Part shown: positions 47,042-55,283 of the stretch, in pieces
How the letters are laid out: every line of letters starts with the position of its first letter
Numbering within the stretch: the stretch's first letter is position 1
Source of the DNA: an uncultured Lachnospiraceae bacterium
Lineage (GTDB): Bacteria; Bacillota; Clostridia; Oscillospirales; CAG-272
Length of the DNA: 64,000 bases
Assembly (NCBI GenBank): GCA_964568425.1
Contig: CAZMPO010000002.1
Span: 82,840 to 146,839, forward strand
Direction: 5' to 3'
The notes under the pieces: model-generated
Told to the model about the DNA's origin: nothing
Database searches by the model: none
What the model saw: only the letters and a program-made list of their open reading frames with translations
Program-made: the position numbers and the translations under genes

Positions 47042-49549
47042 TTACGCCTTGCCGGTTTTCTTTGCGGGGCGGAATGTCAGATATACCATTGCCGCCAAAA
47101 GGACGATCGCAACGACAAACCCTACGATACCGAGCGCACCCGAGAGCGATCCCGTAAAGAGATTTCCGATGTTGTAGACCATAAATGCGATGGCGTAAGC
47201 AAAGAGGCACTGATATCCGACAGCGAACCATGTCCACTTTGCACTGTTCATCTCACGCTTGATAGCTCCGATCGCCGCAAAGCAGGGAGCGCAGAGCAGG
47301 TTGAATACGAAGAAGCTGTAGCCCGCAGTCTGAGTAAATGCCGCCGCGATGTTCTGATAGACAGTTCCGTCGCCGCCGCCGTAAAGAATGCCCAGCGTGC
47401 CGACGATGTTTTCTTTCGCAACAAGACCGGTGACCGATGCAACAGCACCCTGCCATGTTCCCCATCCGAGGGGTCTGAATATCCATGCAAATACCGAACC
47501 GATAGCCGCAAGTATCGAGCTGTCGATCTCCTCATCGGAGAGCATGCGGAATGTTCCGTCAACTACACCGAAGTAGGTGGTGAACCAGATAACGATGGTG
47601 GAAAGAAGAATGATCGTTCCCGCTTTCTTAATAAAGGACCAACCGCGCTCCCACATGGAACGAAGCAGTGCACCGATGGTGGGCAGATGGTATGCGGGAA
47701 GCTCCATGACAAAGGGAGCGGGATCACCCGAGAACATGCGTGTCTTCTTGAGCATAACGCCCGATATGATGATCGCCGCCATGCCGATGAAATATGCCGA
47801 TGTAGCGACCCATGCCGAACCGCCGAAGAGCGCGCCGGCTATCATCGAAATAAAGGGAACCTTTGCTCCGCAGGGGATAAATGTCGTCGTGATGACCGTC
47901 ATGCGGCGGTCACGCTCGTTTTCGATCGTCCGCGATGCCATGATTCCGGGAACCCCGCAACCCGTGCCGACGAGCATGGGGATAAACGATTTGCCCGACA
48001 GACCGAATTTTCTGAATATACGGTCAAGCACGAATGCAATTCTTGCCATGTAACCGCAGGATTCAAGGAACGCAAGGAGAAGGAAAAGCACGAGCATCTG
48101 CGGAACAAATCCGAGTACCGCACCGACACCTGCTACTATACCGTCGAGAATAAGTCCCGAAAGCCATTCGGGGCAGAGCGGCTCCTCTTCGTCAACTCTC
48201 AGCGCATTGCCGATGAGCGCGGGAATGCCGTTTACCCATACGCCGTATTCGTCGGGCGAGGGCTCGGCAAACTCGGCGTTTTCTTTTTCGAAATATTCGA
48301 CCGCCTCAAGATAGGTCATGCCGATGCATTCGTCCTCGTTTGCCCCCGAGGGAATTTCGGAGTAGTAGACCTTCATTTCAACCTCGGCAAGCGTTTCTTC
48401 GTCCTCGACAGTGACACTGCCGACCGCGTTGTCACTCTCGGGCTTGTAGCTTTTGAGTGCCTCAAGTGCCGCCGCAGGATCGAAATCCTCGGCTTCGGTG
48501 TCGATCTCGACAAACGCGCCGATGGCATTCATTGCGTTCGCATAAGCGTCGGATGCGTCGGCGTATTCGGATGAGCCTATGCCGAACATGTGCCATCCGT
48601 CGCCGAACAGACCGTCATTTGTCCAGTCGGTCGCCATGGCTCCGACCGTGACCATTGAAATGTAGTATACAAGGAACATGATCGCCGCAAATATCGGAAG
48701 TCCGAGCCATCTGTTGGTGACGACCTTGTCGATCTTGTCGGATGCTGTCAGCGCACCGACCTTCTTTTTCTTGTAACAGCCGTCGATGATCGAGCCTATG
48801 TAGCTGTATCTCTCGCCCGTGATGATCGACTCGGCATCGTCGTCAAGCTCACTCTCTGCCGCCTTGATGTCGGTCTCGATGTGCTCAAGCACCGTCTTGC
48901 CTATGTTAAGCTCGCCGATTACCCTCTCGTCACGCTCGAAGATCTTGATGGCGTACCATCTCTGTTTGTCCTCGGGCATGTCGTGAAGGACAGCCTCCTC
49001 AATGTGCGCAAGCGCGTGCTCGACAACACCCGAGAATGAGTGTTGTGGCTTTGCCGCCTTGCCGCCCGCAGCCGCGATAGCCGCCTCGGCAGCCTCGGGG
49101 ACGCCTGTTCCCTTGAGGGCGGAGATCTCGACTACCTTGCATCCGAGCTTTTTCGAAAGAGCGGATGTGTCGATCTTGTCGCCGCGCTTTTTAACGACGT
49201 CCATCATGTTGATGGCAACAACGACCGGAATGCCAAGCTCGACCAGCTGTGTCGTGAGATAGAGATTTCTTTCAAGATTCGTGCCGTCAACGATGTTGAG
49301 TATCGCATCCGGATGCTCGCCTGTCAGATACTTTCTCGCAACTACCTCCTCGGGAGTGTAGGGCGAGAGCGAATAAATGCCGGGAAGGTCGGTGATCGTT
49401 ACATCACCATGCCCCTTGAGCTTGCCTTCCTTCTTTTCAACGGTTACGCCGGGCCAGTTGCCGACAAATTGGTTTGATCCCGTCAGTGCGTTGAACAGTG
49501 TTGTTTTACCGCTGTTGGGGTTGCCCGCAAGTGCAATTTTCATTTTCAT
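47042..49549 (-). CDS. feoB: ferrous iron transporter FeoB
   Basis: N-terminal G domain LAGNPNSGKTTLFNALTG followed by a large polytopic permease. Length 835 aa. Confidence 0.95.
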   Translation of the reverse strand: MKMKIALAGNPNSGKTTLFNALTGSNQFVGNWPGVTVEKKEGKLKGHGDVTITDLPGIYSLSPYTPEEVVARKYLTGEHPDAILNIVDGTNLERNLYLTTQLVELGIPVVVAINMMDVVKKRGDKIDTSALSKKLGCKVVEISALKGTGVPEAAEAAIAAAGGKAAKPQHSFSGVVEHALAHIEEAVLHDMPEDKQRWYAIKIFERDERVIGELNIGKTVLEHIETDIKAAESELDDDAESIITGERYSYIGSIIDGCYKKKKVGALTASDKIDKVVTNRWLGLPIFAAIMFLVYYISMVTVGAMATDWTNDGLFGDGWHMFGIGSSEYADASDAYANAMNAIGAFVEIDTEAEDFDPAAALEALKSYKPESDNAVGSVTVEDEETLAEVEMKVYYSEIPSGANEDECIGMTYLEAVEYFEKENAEFAEPSPDEYGVWVNGIPALIGNALRVDEEEPLCPEWLSGLILDGIVAGVGAVLGFVPQMLVLFLLLAFLESCGYMARIAFVLDRIFRKFGLSGKSFIPMLVGTGCGVPGIMASRTIENERDRRMTVITTTFIPCGAKVPFISMIAGALFGGSAWVATSAYFIGMAAIIISGVMLKKTRMFSGDPAPFVMELPAYHLPTIGALLRSMWERGWSFIKKAGTIILLSTIVIWFTTYFGVVDGTFRMLSDEEIDSSILAAIGSVFAWIFRPLGWGTWQGAVASVTGLVAKENIVGTLGILYGGGDGTVYQNIAAAFTQTAGYSFFVFNLLCAPCFAAIGAIKREMNSAKWTWFAVGYQCLFAYAIAFMVYNIGNLFTGSLSGALGIVGFVVAIVLLAAMVYLTFRPAKKTGKA

Positions 49550-49572
49550 ACAGTATTTCCTCTCCTTTCGGT

Positions 49573-49794
49573 TTATTCGACTTCGATCATCGCCGCGTCG
49601 GCTTTTCTGATCGAAAGCTCGTATCCGCGTACGGTGATCTCAATGGGATCGCCGAGCGGTGCGATCTTGCGAACCGATACCTCGGTTCCTTTTGTAAGCC
49701 CCATGTCCATAATGCGACGCTTCGTCGCACCAACACCCGTGAGCCTTACTATCCTTACACGCTCACCAATGTTTGCATCTTTAAGTGTTTTCAC
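49573..49794 (-). CDS. feoA: FeoA family protein
   Basis: 73-aa SH3-like protein (RRIMDMGLTKGTEV..PLGDPIEI). Confidence 0.85.
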   Translation of the reverse strand: MKTLKDANIGERVRIVRLTGVGATKRRIMDMGLTKGTEVSVRKIAPLGDPIEITVRGYELSIRKADAAMIEVE

Positions 49795-49825
49795 CTTTCT
49801 GCCTCCTGTTGTATATAAATAAAAT

Positions 49826-50050
49826 TTATACCATGATCTTTTGCGCCATTTCGCGACTTATGGCAACTCGCGCCTCTTTGATCTTTACGATCACGTTGCC
49901 TCCGAGCGATGTGACGATCTGCGTGCTCTCTCCCGGCACGAATCCGAGGTCGGCAAGATGTTGCCTCGTTTCGGTCGAACCGCCGACCTTCTTTATTGTT
50001 ACCTCGCACCCCATGTCCGCAAGTGTCAGTGGGATCATCTCTGTGATCAT
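49826..50050 (-). CDS. feoA: FeoA family protein (second copy)
   Basis: 74 aa (RQHLADLGFVPGE..SLGGNVIVKI). Confidence 0.85.
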   Translation of the reverse strand: MITEMIPLTLADMGCEVTIKKVGGSTETRQHLADLGFVPGESTQIVTSLGGNVIVKIKEARVAISREMAQKIMV

Positions 50051-50073
50051 TCCTTTCCGTTTCCGTCTTACGA

Positions 50074-50159
50074 AGTTAGCACAAACTAACCGTATTGCCG
50101 AATAATCGGTTAGTAAAAACTAACCTCATACCCAAACAATAGGTTAGCCTCAACTAACC
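50074..50159 (-). promoter_or_regulatory. three phased 18-bp palindromes (GGTTAG-N6-CTAACC) in the feo leader; putative operator array
   Basis: Sites at 50074-50091, 50108-50125 and 50142-50159, with starts exactly 34 bp apart. They lie between the predicted -10 element and the feoA ATG. Confidence 0.55.
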
Positions 50160-50166
50160 ACGCAAT

Positions 50167-50195
50167 ATAATACACCATTTATTCGATTTTGTCAA
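50167..50195 (-). promoter_or_regulatory. sigma-A type promoter for feoA-feoA-feoB (TTGACA-17-TATTAT)
   Basis: On the minus strand, TTGACA is at 50195-50190 and TATTAT at 50172-50167. Confidence 0.55.
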
Positions 50196-50240
50196 GGGGT
50201 TTTTGAAAAAAAGTTTAATTTTTTTAAAAAATTTTCAAAA
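50187..50240. repeat. AT-rich promoter-upstream module, copy B (see 35138-35190)
   Basis: Shares ttttgtcaaggggtttttgaaaaaaagttt exactly with copy A and has the same position relative to the -35 element. Confidence 0.8.
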
Positions 50241-50410
50241 GAGCACAAAAAAATCGATCGGCTCAAGATAAGTTCTTGAACCGATCGATAAAATCACCAC
50301 ATTGTCAATAGATTTTTAACTTTTTTATAAAAAGCGAGCGCCAAAAAAGGCGTGATATACAAAGAGACCCCGCCGAGAAACGAGGATTAAATCGACTGCT
50401 CGAACGCACC

Positions 50411-50544
50411 CGTAGGGCGGGGGCTTGCTCCCGCCGCTTTTTGGCGGTCGATTTATAATAAATTGGCGAGATCGCAAAGAAATTACACCGAGATATCCTA
50501 CACCGATTATCCAAGAGGCGGCGGGAGCAAGCCCCCGCCCTACG
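50411..50544. repeat. perfect 27-bp GC-rich inverted repeat flanking an 80-nt spacer
   Basis: cgtagggcgggggcttgctcccgccgc (50411-50437) is the exact reverse complement of 50518-50544. Each arm also forms its own hairpin (GGCGGG..CCCGCC). Confidence 0.85.
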
Positions 50545-50718
50545 ACAGGTGCTTATTTCGGTGGTCAATTAATTACAAATCCAATCATAAAAAAGCAATT
50601 TGCAAAAACACGATTTAATCATCGTTTCCCCCAAAGGGAGGCTCAGGCGTAACTTTTTCGCGATATCGCCGACATGGTATATATCGACCTGCCAAAGAAA
50701 AGGCGGTCGACGCATAAC

Positions 50719-50757
50719 AAAAAAGCCGCCCCGAATGCCGACGGGCATTTGGGACGC
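50719..50757 (-). terminator. Rho-independent terminator after the PAP2 gene
   Basis: The minus-strand hairpin (cccaaatgcc / ggcattcggg) is followed by TTTTTT. Confidence 0.75.
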
Positions 50758-50765
50758 TTTTTTGA

Positions 50766-51335
50766 TCAGAGTGTTATGTCTTTTTTATCCTTGAGATATT
50801 TTTCAAGCATGCCGCAGAGAAGTGCTCCGAGGAAGCCGACAACTATGCCAACGACTATGCCGCCAAGGACATCGGTCGGGAAGTGAATGTAGAGATAGAG
50901 TCGCGAAAAAGCGATAAGGACGGCGATCACCGTTGCGGGGATGCCGAACTTCCAATTTTTCTTGAAGAGCAGTGCGCAACAGGACGCAAAGGATGCCGCG
51001 GTGTGTCCGGACGGGAAAGAGTAGTCGGACGGCGGATCTGCGTGGATCAGTGCTTTGATCTTGTCAAGCATATCGGGGTTCAGCGTATAAGGTCTGATCC
51101 TGTGCACGATCGGCTTAAGTATCAGATTACAGCAGAGCAGATCGAGGATAAGCGCGATGCCCATTGCAACGCCGAGCGGTCGTGTTTTCTTTATGATGAT
51201 GAAAACAAGCGCAAGTGCGATCCAGAAGATGCCCGCATCACCGAGATGTGTGATGATCGGTAAAACAGTGTCAAATAGGGCATTGTGCAGATTTTCCCAA
51301 ATGAAATCCAAAATGCCGAGTTCAAATTGATTCAT
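50766..51335 (-). CDS. PAP2-family phosphatase (undecaprenyl-diphosphatase-like)
   Basis: Motifs: KPIVHRIRP, FPSGHT, SRLYLYIHFPTDVLGG. ATG 51335 has SD gaaaggaaa; the track ORF extends to 51368. Confidence 0.8.
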   Translation of the reverse strand: MNQFELGILDFIWENLHNALFDTVLPIITHLGDAGIFWIALALVFIIIKKTRPLGVAMGIALILDLLCCNLILKPIVHRIRPYTLNPDMLDKIKALIHADPPSDYSFPSGHTAASFASCCALLFKKNWKFGIPATVIAVLIAFSRLYLYIHFPTDVLGGIVVGIVVGFLGALLCGMLEKYLKDKKDITL

Positions 51336-51524
51336 GATCTTCGTTTTCCTTTCTTGAGTTTTGATCATTCGATTTTCTCCATTATATCACAAAGCTTTGG
51401 AAAAATCAATAGCAGAGACGATAATTTTGTTGAGAAGCCGACGCATTTTGACAAATAAGTCGGAATTGTCGGTGTAAGATATGCATATAGATATAAATTA
51501 CACCCAAAAGGAGCTGATCCCATA

Positions 51525-53912
51525 ATGACGGAGACAATAGCTCGTATAAAGAAAAGGATAGAAAAAGGCATCGGAGATATCTCGGACAAATTTGCGGCAC
51601 TCGTTTCGGCACTCGGAGGCAAGATCGATCGCCTATCGCCTCTCCCTCCCGAGCAGACCGCACTGCTTCGCCGACGTGCCACTTACGCGACCGCGTTTAT
51701 GATCCTTTCATTTTTAATGGGATGCGCACCGTCCTTGTTTGACAGCCGTCCTTATGCGATAGCACTCCTTTTCTCCGCCGGTCATCCGAACACCGTGTTT
51801 GTCTGGCTGGGAGGCTCGGCTGGTGCGATCGTCGGCGGAAAGTCGCCGATATTATACCTGATCCTGCTCGGTGTTTCGGCGATCGTCAGACTTGTGATCA
51901 CATCCGATCGGTTCGGCTCGATGGGATACCCGACATTCGGTGAGCCTTTTCGGATGCGAATACTTATGTCATCGACCGCCGCACTCATCTTTGAGCTTGC
52001 AAGAATGCTGTCCGACGGCTTTTCACCCTATTTTCTGCTTCGAGTGCTTTCTGGCGCGCTCATAGCACCACTCATGACCGCGGCATTCATCTTCGCCTTT
52101 GACCGATCGGTCCACAGTGCCCTTCGCGAGGGGGCGATCTATCTGGTGATCTATGTTACCGTATCCGCACTCGCCGGCAAGACGCTCTCATCCTTCTCGT
52201 TTGCGCTCATCGTGTCATTCTTGCTCATCCTGCATGTCGCAAACTCGTCCGGACTCATGCGCGCCTGCCTTGTCGGTCTGGTCTGTGGAATGGGATGCGG
52301 CGGACTCGGGGTCAATCTTGCGGTTGCGGGTATCACTGCGGGCGCATTCGTGCCCTTCGGGATAGGCACATCGACCTTCCTTACCGCCGCGCTGACCCTC
52401 GGTATAGCCTTCTATTTCGGCGGCATTCCGTCACTTGTTGCTTTTACCGGGGATATCATTTTCGCAAGCCTTCTCTATATCCCGCTCGCAAAATCGGGTG
52501 CGCTTGAAAGGGTGAACATTTTTCGCAAAAATGCTCATGATGACGCTCTGCTCGGTGATCCCGCGACCGAAAAGAGGGCGGCAGAGCTTCGTCGTGATAA
52601 AATGGACAAGCTGTCGAGGGCGTTTGGCGAAATATCCGAGATATTTATGCGCCTCGGCACAAAGCTTCGCTCACCCGATGCCGCCGATCTGCGAGGAATA
52701 TGCGAGGGAGCCATTGATAAGGTCTGCGCGCACTGTCCGATATCGTCAAGCTGTTGGAAGGAAGATTTTATCTCGGGCAACGATCGTGCAAAACTGCTCG
52801 CAAAACAACTCGCGGAGCAGGGCGCACTGTCTTGGGCGGAGCTGCCAGAGAGCTTCAGGCGAAGCTGTCGGCGCGCCGACAGGCTCGTTCGTGAGATAAA
52901 CGACGGTTATGCCGAATTTTTGGAGGGAGTGCTCACCAAAGACAAATCAGAACTGTTCGCACTCGATTATGCCGCGCTTGCCGAGATGCTCAGATCGGAG
53001 CAAAATGAGTCGACGGACGACGGATGTATCCCCGATCAGGGACTTGCCAAAGAGGCATCCGAGCTCTTTCGCTCGCTCGGAATGTCTTTTTCGGGTGTCG
53101 GCGCATGGGGAAAAAGAAAAAAGACCGTGATTGTATCGGGCGTTGATGTCAGCTCGCTGACAGTCAGCGCAAGGCTCATATCGGAGGAGCTGTCAAAAAG
53201 GGGCGGGTGCAAATTCGGAGAGCCGGAGTTCAAATTCGAGGGCGATTTCGTCTCGATGACATTGTCCTCGCTGCCCTCATTCAGAGCAGGGACTGCCGTT
53301 TCGTTTCAGCCGCGATCGGGCGAGGAGTCGAGCGGCGACTCGGTCAGCACGTTTTACACCGATGACGGCAGAGTCTTCGCACTGATATGCGACGGTATGG
53401 GCAGCGGTGCCGAGGCGGCGGCAACGGCAGAGGTGTCCGCGATATTTCTGAAAAAGATGCTTTCTGCCGGCAACGGCAGAGGTATATCGCTCAGACTGCT
53501 CTCAAATTTTCTCTGCTCCCGTGCCGTCGAGTGCCATACGACCGTTGACATTGTTGAGATCGATCTCTATACCGGCAGGGCTGTTTTTCTAAAATGCGGA
53601 GCCGCACCATCATATGTTTTCAGATCCGAAAAAATATTCAAGGTCGACAGCAAAAGCCTGCCGATCGGTATCATGAAGGAGGTACATTCCGAGGAAACGC
53701 CGCTTGATACCGAGTTCGGCGATCTCTGTATGCTCGTCAGCGATGGCGTTGGCGCGACATTTGAGGGCTCGCTCTGGCTCTGCGATCTCGTAAACAGCGG
53801 CAGAGATCGCACCCCCGCCGAGATCGCCGATGCCGTTCGCGCGCGTGCCGTTGTCGAAAATCGCGGTGCTGACGATGTGTCGGTCGCGGTCATAAAGATA
53901 GAAAGAGCATAG
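51525..53912 (+). CDS. spoIIE: stage II sporulation protein E (PP2C phosphatase)
   Basis: 795 aa with about 10 N-terminal TM helices, a central regulatory region, and a C-terminal PP2C domain (SGDSVSTFY..ALICDGMGSGAEAA..VSDGV..DDVSV). Confidence 0.85.
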   Translation: MTETIARIKKRIEKGIGDISDKFAALVSALGGKIDRLSPLPPEQTALLRRRATYATAFMILSFLMGCAPSLFDSRPYAIALLFSAGHPNTVFVWLGGSAGAIVGGKSPILYLILLGVSAIVRLVITSDRFGSMGYPTFGEPFRMRILMSSTAALIFELARMLSDGFSPYFLLRVLSGALIAPLMTAAFIFAFDRSVHSALREGAIYLVIYVTVSALAGKTLSSFSFALIVSFLLILHVANSSGLMRACLVGLVCGMGCGGLGVNLAVAGITAGAFVPFGIGTSTFLTAALTLGIAFYFGGIPSLVAFTGDIIFASLLYIPLAKSGALERVNIFRKNAHDDALLGDPATEKRAAELRRDKMDKLSRAFGEISEIFMRLGTKLRSPDAADLRGICEGAIDKVCAHCPISSSCWKEDFISGNDRAKLLAKQLAEQGALSWAELPESFRRSCRRADRLVREINDGYAEFLEGVLTKDKSELFALDYAALAEMLRSEQNESTDDGCIPDQGLAKEASELFRSLGMSFSGVGAWGKRKKTVIVSGVDVSSLTVSARLISEELSKRGGCKFGEPEFKFEGDFVSMTLSSLPSFRAGTAVSFQPRSGEESSGDSVSTFYTDDGRVFALICDGMGSGAEAAATAEVSAIFLKKMLSAGNGRGISLRLLSNFLCSRAVECHTTVDIVEIDLYTGRAVFLKCGAAPSYVFRSEKIFKVDSKSLPIGIMKEVHSEETPLDTEFGDLCMLVSDGVGATFEGSLWLCDLVNSGRDRTPAEIADAVRARAVVENRGADDVSVAVIKIERA

Positions 53913-53920
53913 CAGTACGC

Positions 53921-53958
53921 AAAAAACAGCTGTCCCACAAAAAGGCAGCTGTTTTTTT
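53921..53958. terminator. bidirectional terminator between spoIIE and acpP
   Basis: The cagctg-based hairpin is flanked by an A6 run and a T7 run. Confidence 0.7.
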
Positions 53959-53974
53959 GACTTTTTGACTTTCC

Positions 53975-54196
53975 TCAGAGACTTTCGAGATAATCGACGA
54001 TGTCACCGACGCTTGAAAATCCCGCAAGCTTTTCGTCGGGTATGACTATGCCGCTCTCCTCCTCGATAGTCATGAGAAGCTGGAGAATGTCGACCGAGTC
54101 AGCGCCGAGATCGCCTTTGATCGTTGACTCGCGTGTGATCTTCTCGACATCAACGCCGAGCTGATCGGATAAGAGTTTTTTTACCTGTTCAAGCAT
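53975..54196 (-). CDS. acpP: acyl carrier protein
   Basis: DLGADSVD phosphopantetheine-attachment motif. 73 aa from ATG 54196, which has SD gaaagg. Confidence 0.9.
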   Translation of the reverse strand: MLEQVKKLLSDQLGVDVEKITRESTIKGDLGADSVDILQLLMTIEEESGIVIPDEKLAGFSSVGDIVDYLESL

Positions 54197-54241
54197 TTGT
54201 TTTCTACCTTTCAATATCGTTTCCTGTTTTGATTTATTTGT

Positions 54242-55282
54242 TTATTTGTCGCCGTTCGATATGTCATCGGCTATCTTCCTGCAAAGATCTGCCTTGCTCA
54301 TCTTGTATGCCTGCTCCATGCAGATCTCGAATGCGTGCGCGCCACTGCTTCCGTGTCCCTTCACGATGATCTTGTCAAGTCCGAGAAGGACAGATCCGCC
54401 GTAATTTTGGTAGTTCATAAATTCTTTTTCGTCATCGAACATCTTTTTCATGAAAAGTGCGCCGATCTTGTATTTTGTGCGTGACATTATGTCCTTTTTC
54501 AGTCGTTTAAGAATTTCGAGTGCCGTACCCTCGGTCGCTTTTATCAGCACATTGCCCGAAAAACCGTCGCAGACAACAAGATCGTACTTGCCCGAGAGCA
54601 GATCGCGGCTTTCCATGTTGCCGACAAAATTGATCCTATCGTCATTTTTCAGAAGTTGGTGTGCCTCACGGTGAAGATCGTCGCCCTTTTCCTCCTCGAT
54701 GCCGACATTTAAGAGTGCGACGCGGGGTGAGGCTATCTTGTGTACCGTGCGCAGATAAGCGGATGCCATCAGCGCGTTTTGATGAAGCCCCTCGGGGGTG
54801 CATTCGACCGACGCGCCGCTGTCGCAGATGCCGACAATGCCGCCCGACATGGTTGGCAGGATGGGGCAGAATGCAGGGCGTCGTATGCCGCGTATTCTGC
54901 CGATACGCAAAATGCATCCGCCGACGAGTACTCCGGTCGCTCCTGTCGATACGAGCGCGTCAACACTATCATCCTCGCGCAGACGCTTTATCGCACTGAT
55001 CATGGACGAATCCTTTTTCAGCCTCAGCGCATCGATCGGGCGGTCGTTGCCGTCCACCGCCTCGGGCGTGTGTACGATCTCGATCCTGCCACCTTGCAGG
55101 TCGGCGGCGGATATCTCGGCAAGCTCGGCTTTTATGACCTCGCTGTCACCAAAAAAGATGACCGACAGATCATCGTGCGCACGCATGGCACTTACGGCAC
55201 CCTCGATATTGGCACTCGGGCTTTTGTCGCCGCCGAGTGTGTCAACGGCGATCTTGATCGTTTTCTTTGTCGTTTCGCTCAT
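54242..55282 (-). CDS. plsX: phosphate acyltransferase PlsX
   Basis: IAVDTLGGD near the N-terminus, then GNMESRD and VKGHGSS. Length 346 aa. Confidence 0.9.
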   Translation of the reverse strand: MSETTKKTIKIAVDTLGGDKSPSANIEGAVSAMRAHDDLSVIFFGDSEVIKAELAEISAADLQGGRIEIVHTPEAVDGNDRPIDALRLKKDSSMISAIKRLREDDSVDALVSTGATGVLVGGCILRIGRIRGIRRPAFCPILPTMSGGIVGICDSGASVECTPEGLHQNALMASAYLRTVHKIASPRVALLNVGIEEEKGDDLHREAHQLLKNDDRINFVGNMESRDLLSGKYDLVVCDGFSGNVLIKATEGTALEILKRLKKDIMSRTKYKIGALFMKKMFDDEKEFMNYQNYGGSVLLGLDKIIVKGHGSSGAHAFEICMEQAYKMSKADLCRKIADDISNGDK

Positions 55283-55283
55283 C

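Noticed and set aside
50074-50159. Whether the regularly spaced repeats in the feo leader could be a mini-CRISPR array or canonical DtxR/IdeR boxes.
   Set aside because: There are only three 18-bp palindromic units with 16-bp spacers, no cas genes, and the units sit inside a 5' UTR, so this is not a CRISPR array. The half-site spacing of 6 bp rather than 1 bp does not fit the canonical 19-bp DtxR/IdeR box, so I report them only as unassigned operators.
50305-50794. Track ORFs 50305..50568(-), 50425..50652(+) and 50600..50794(+), all Arg-rich.
   Set aside because: They run through the inverted and direct repeats. Their similarity (NFFAISP…) comes from the DNA repeat read on opposite strands. 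They lack SD sequences and have non-protein-like composition.
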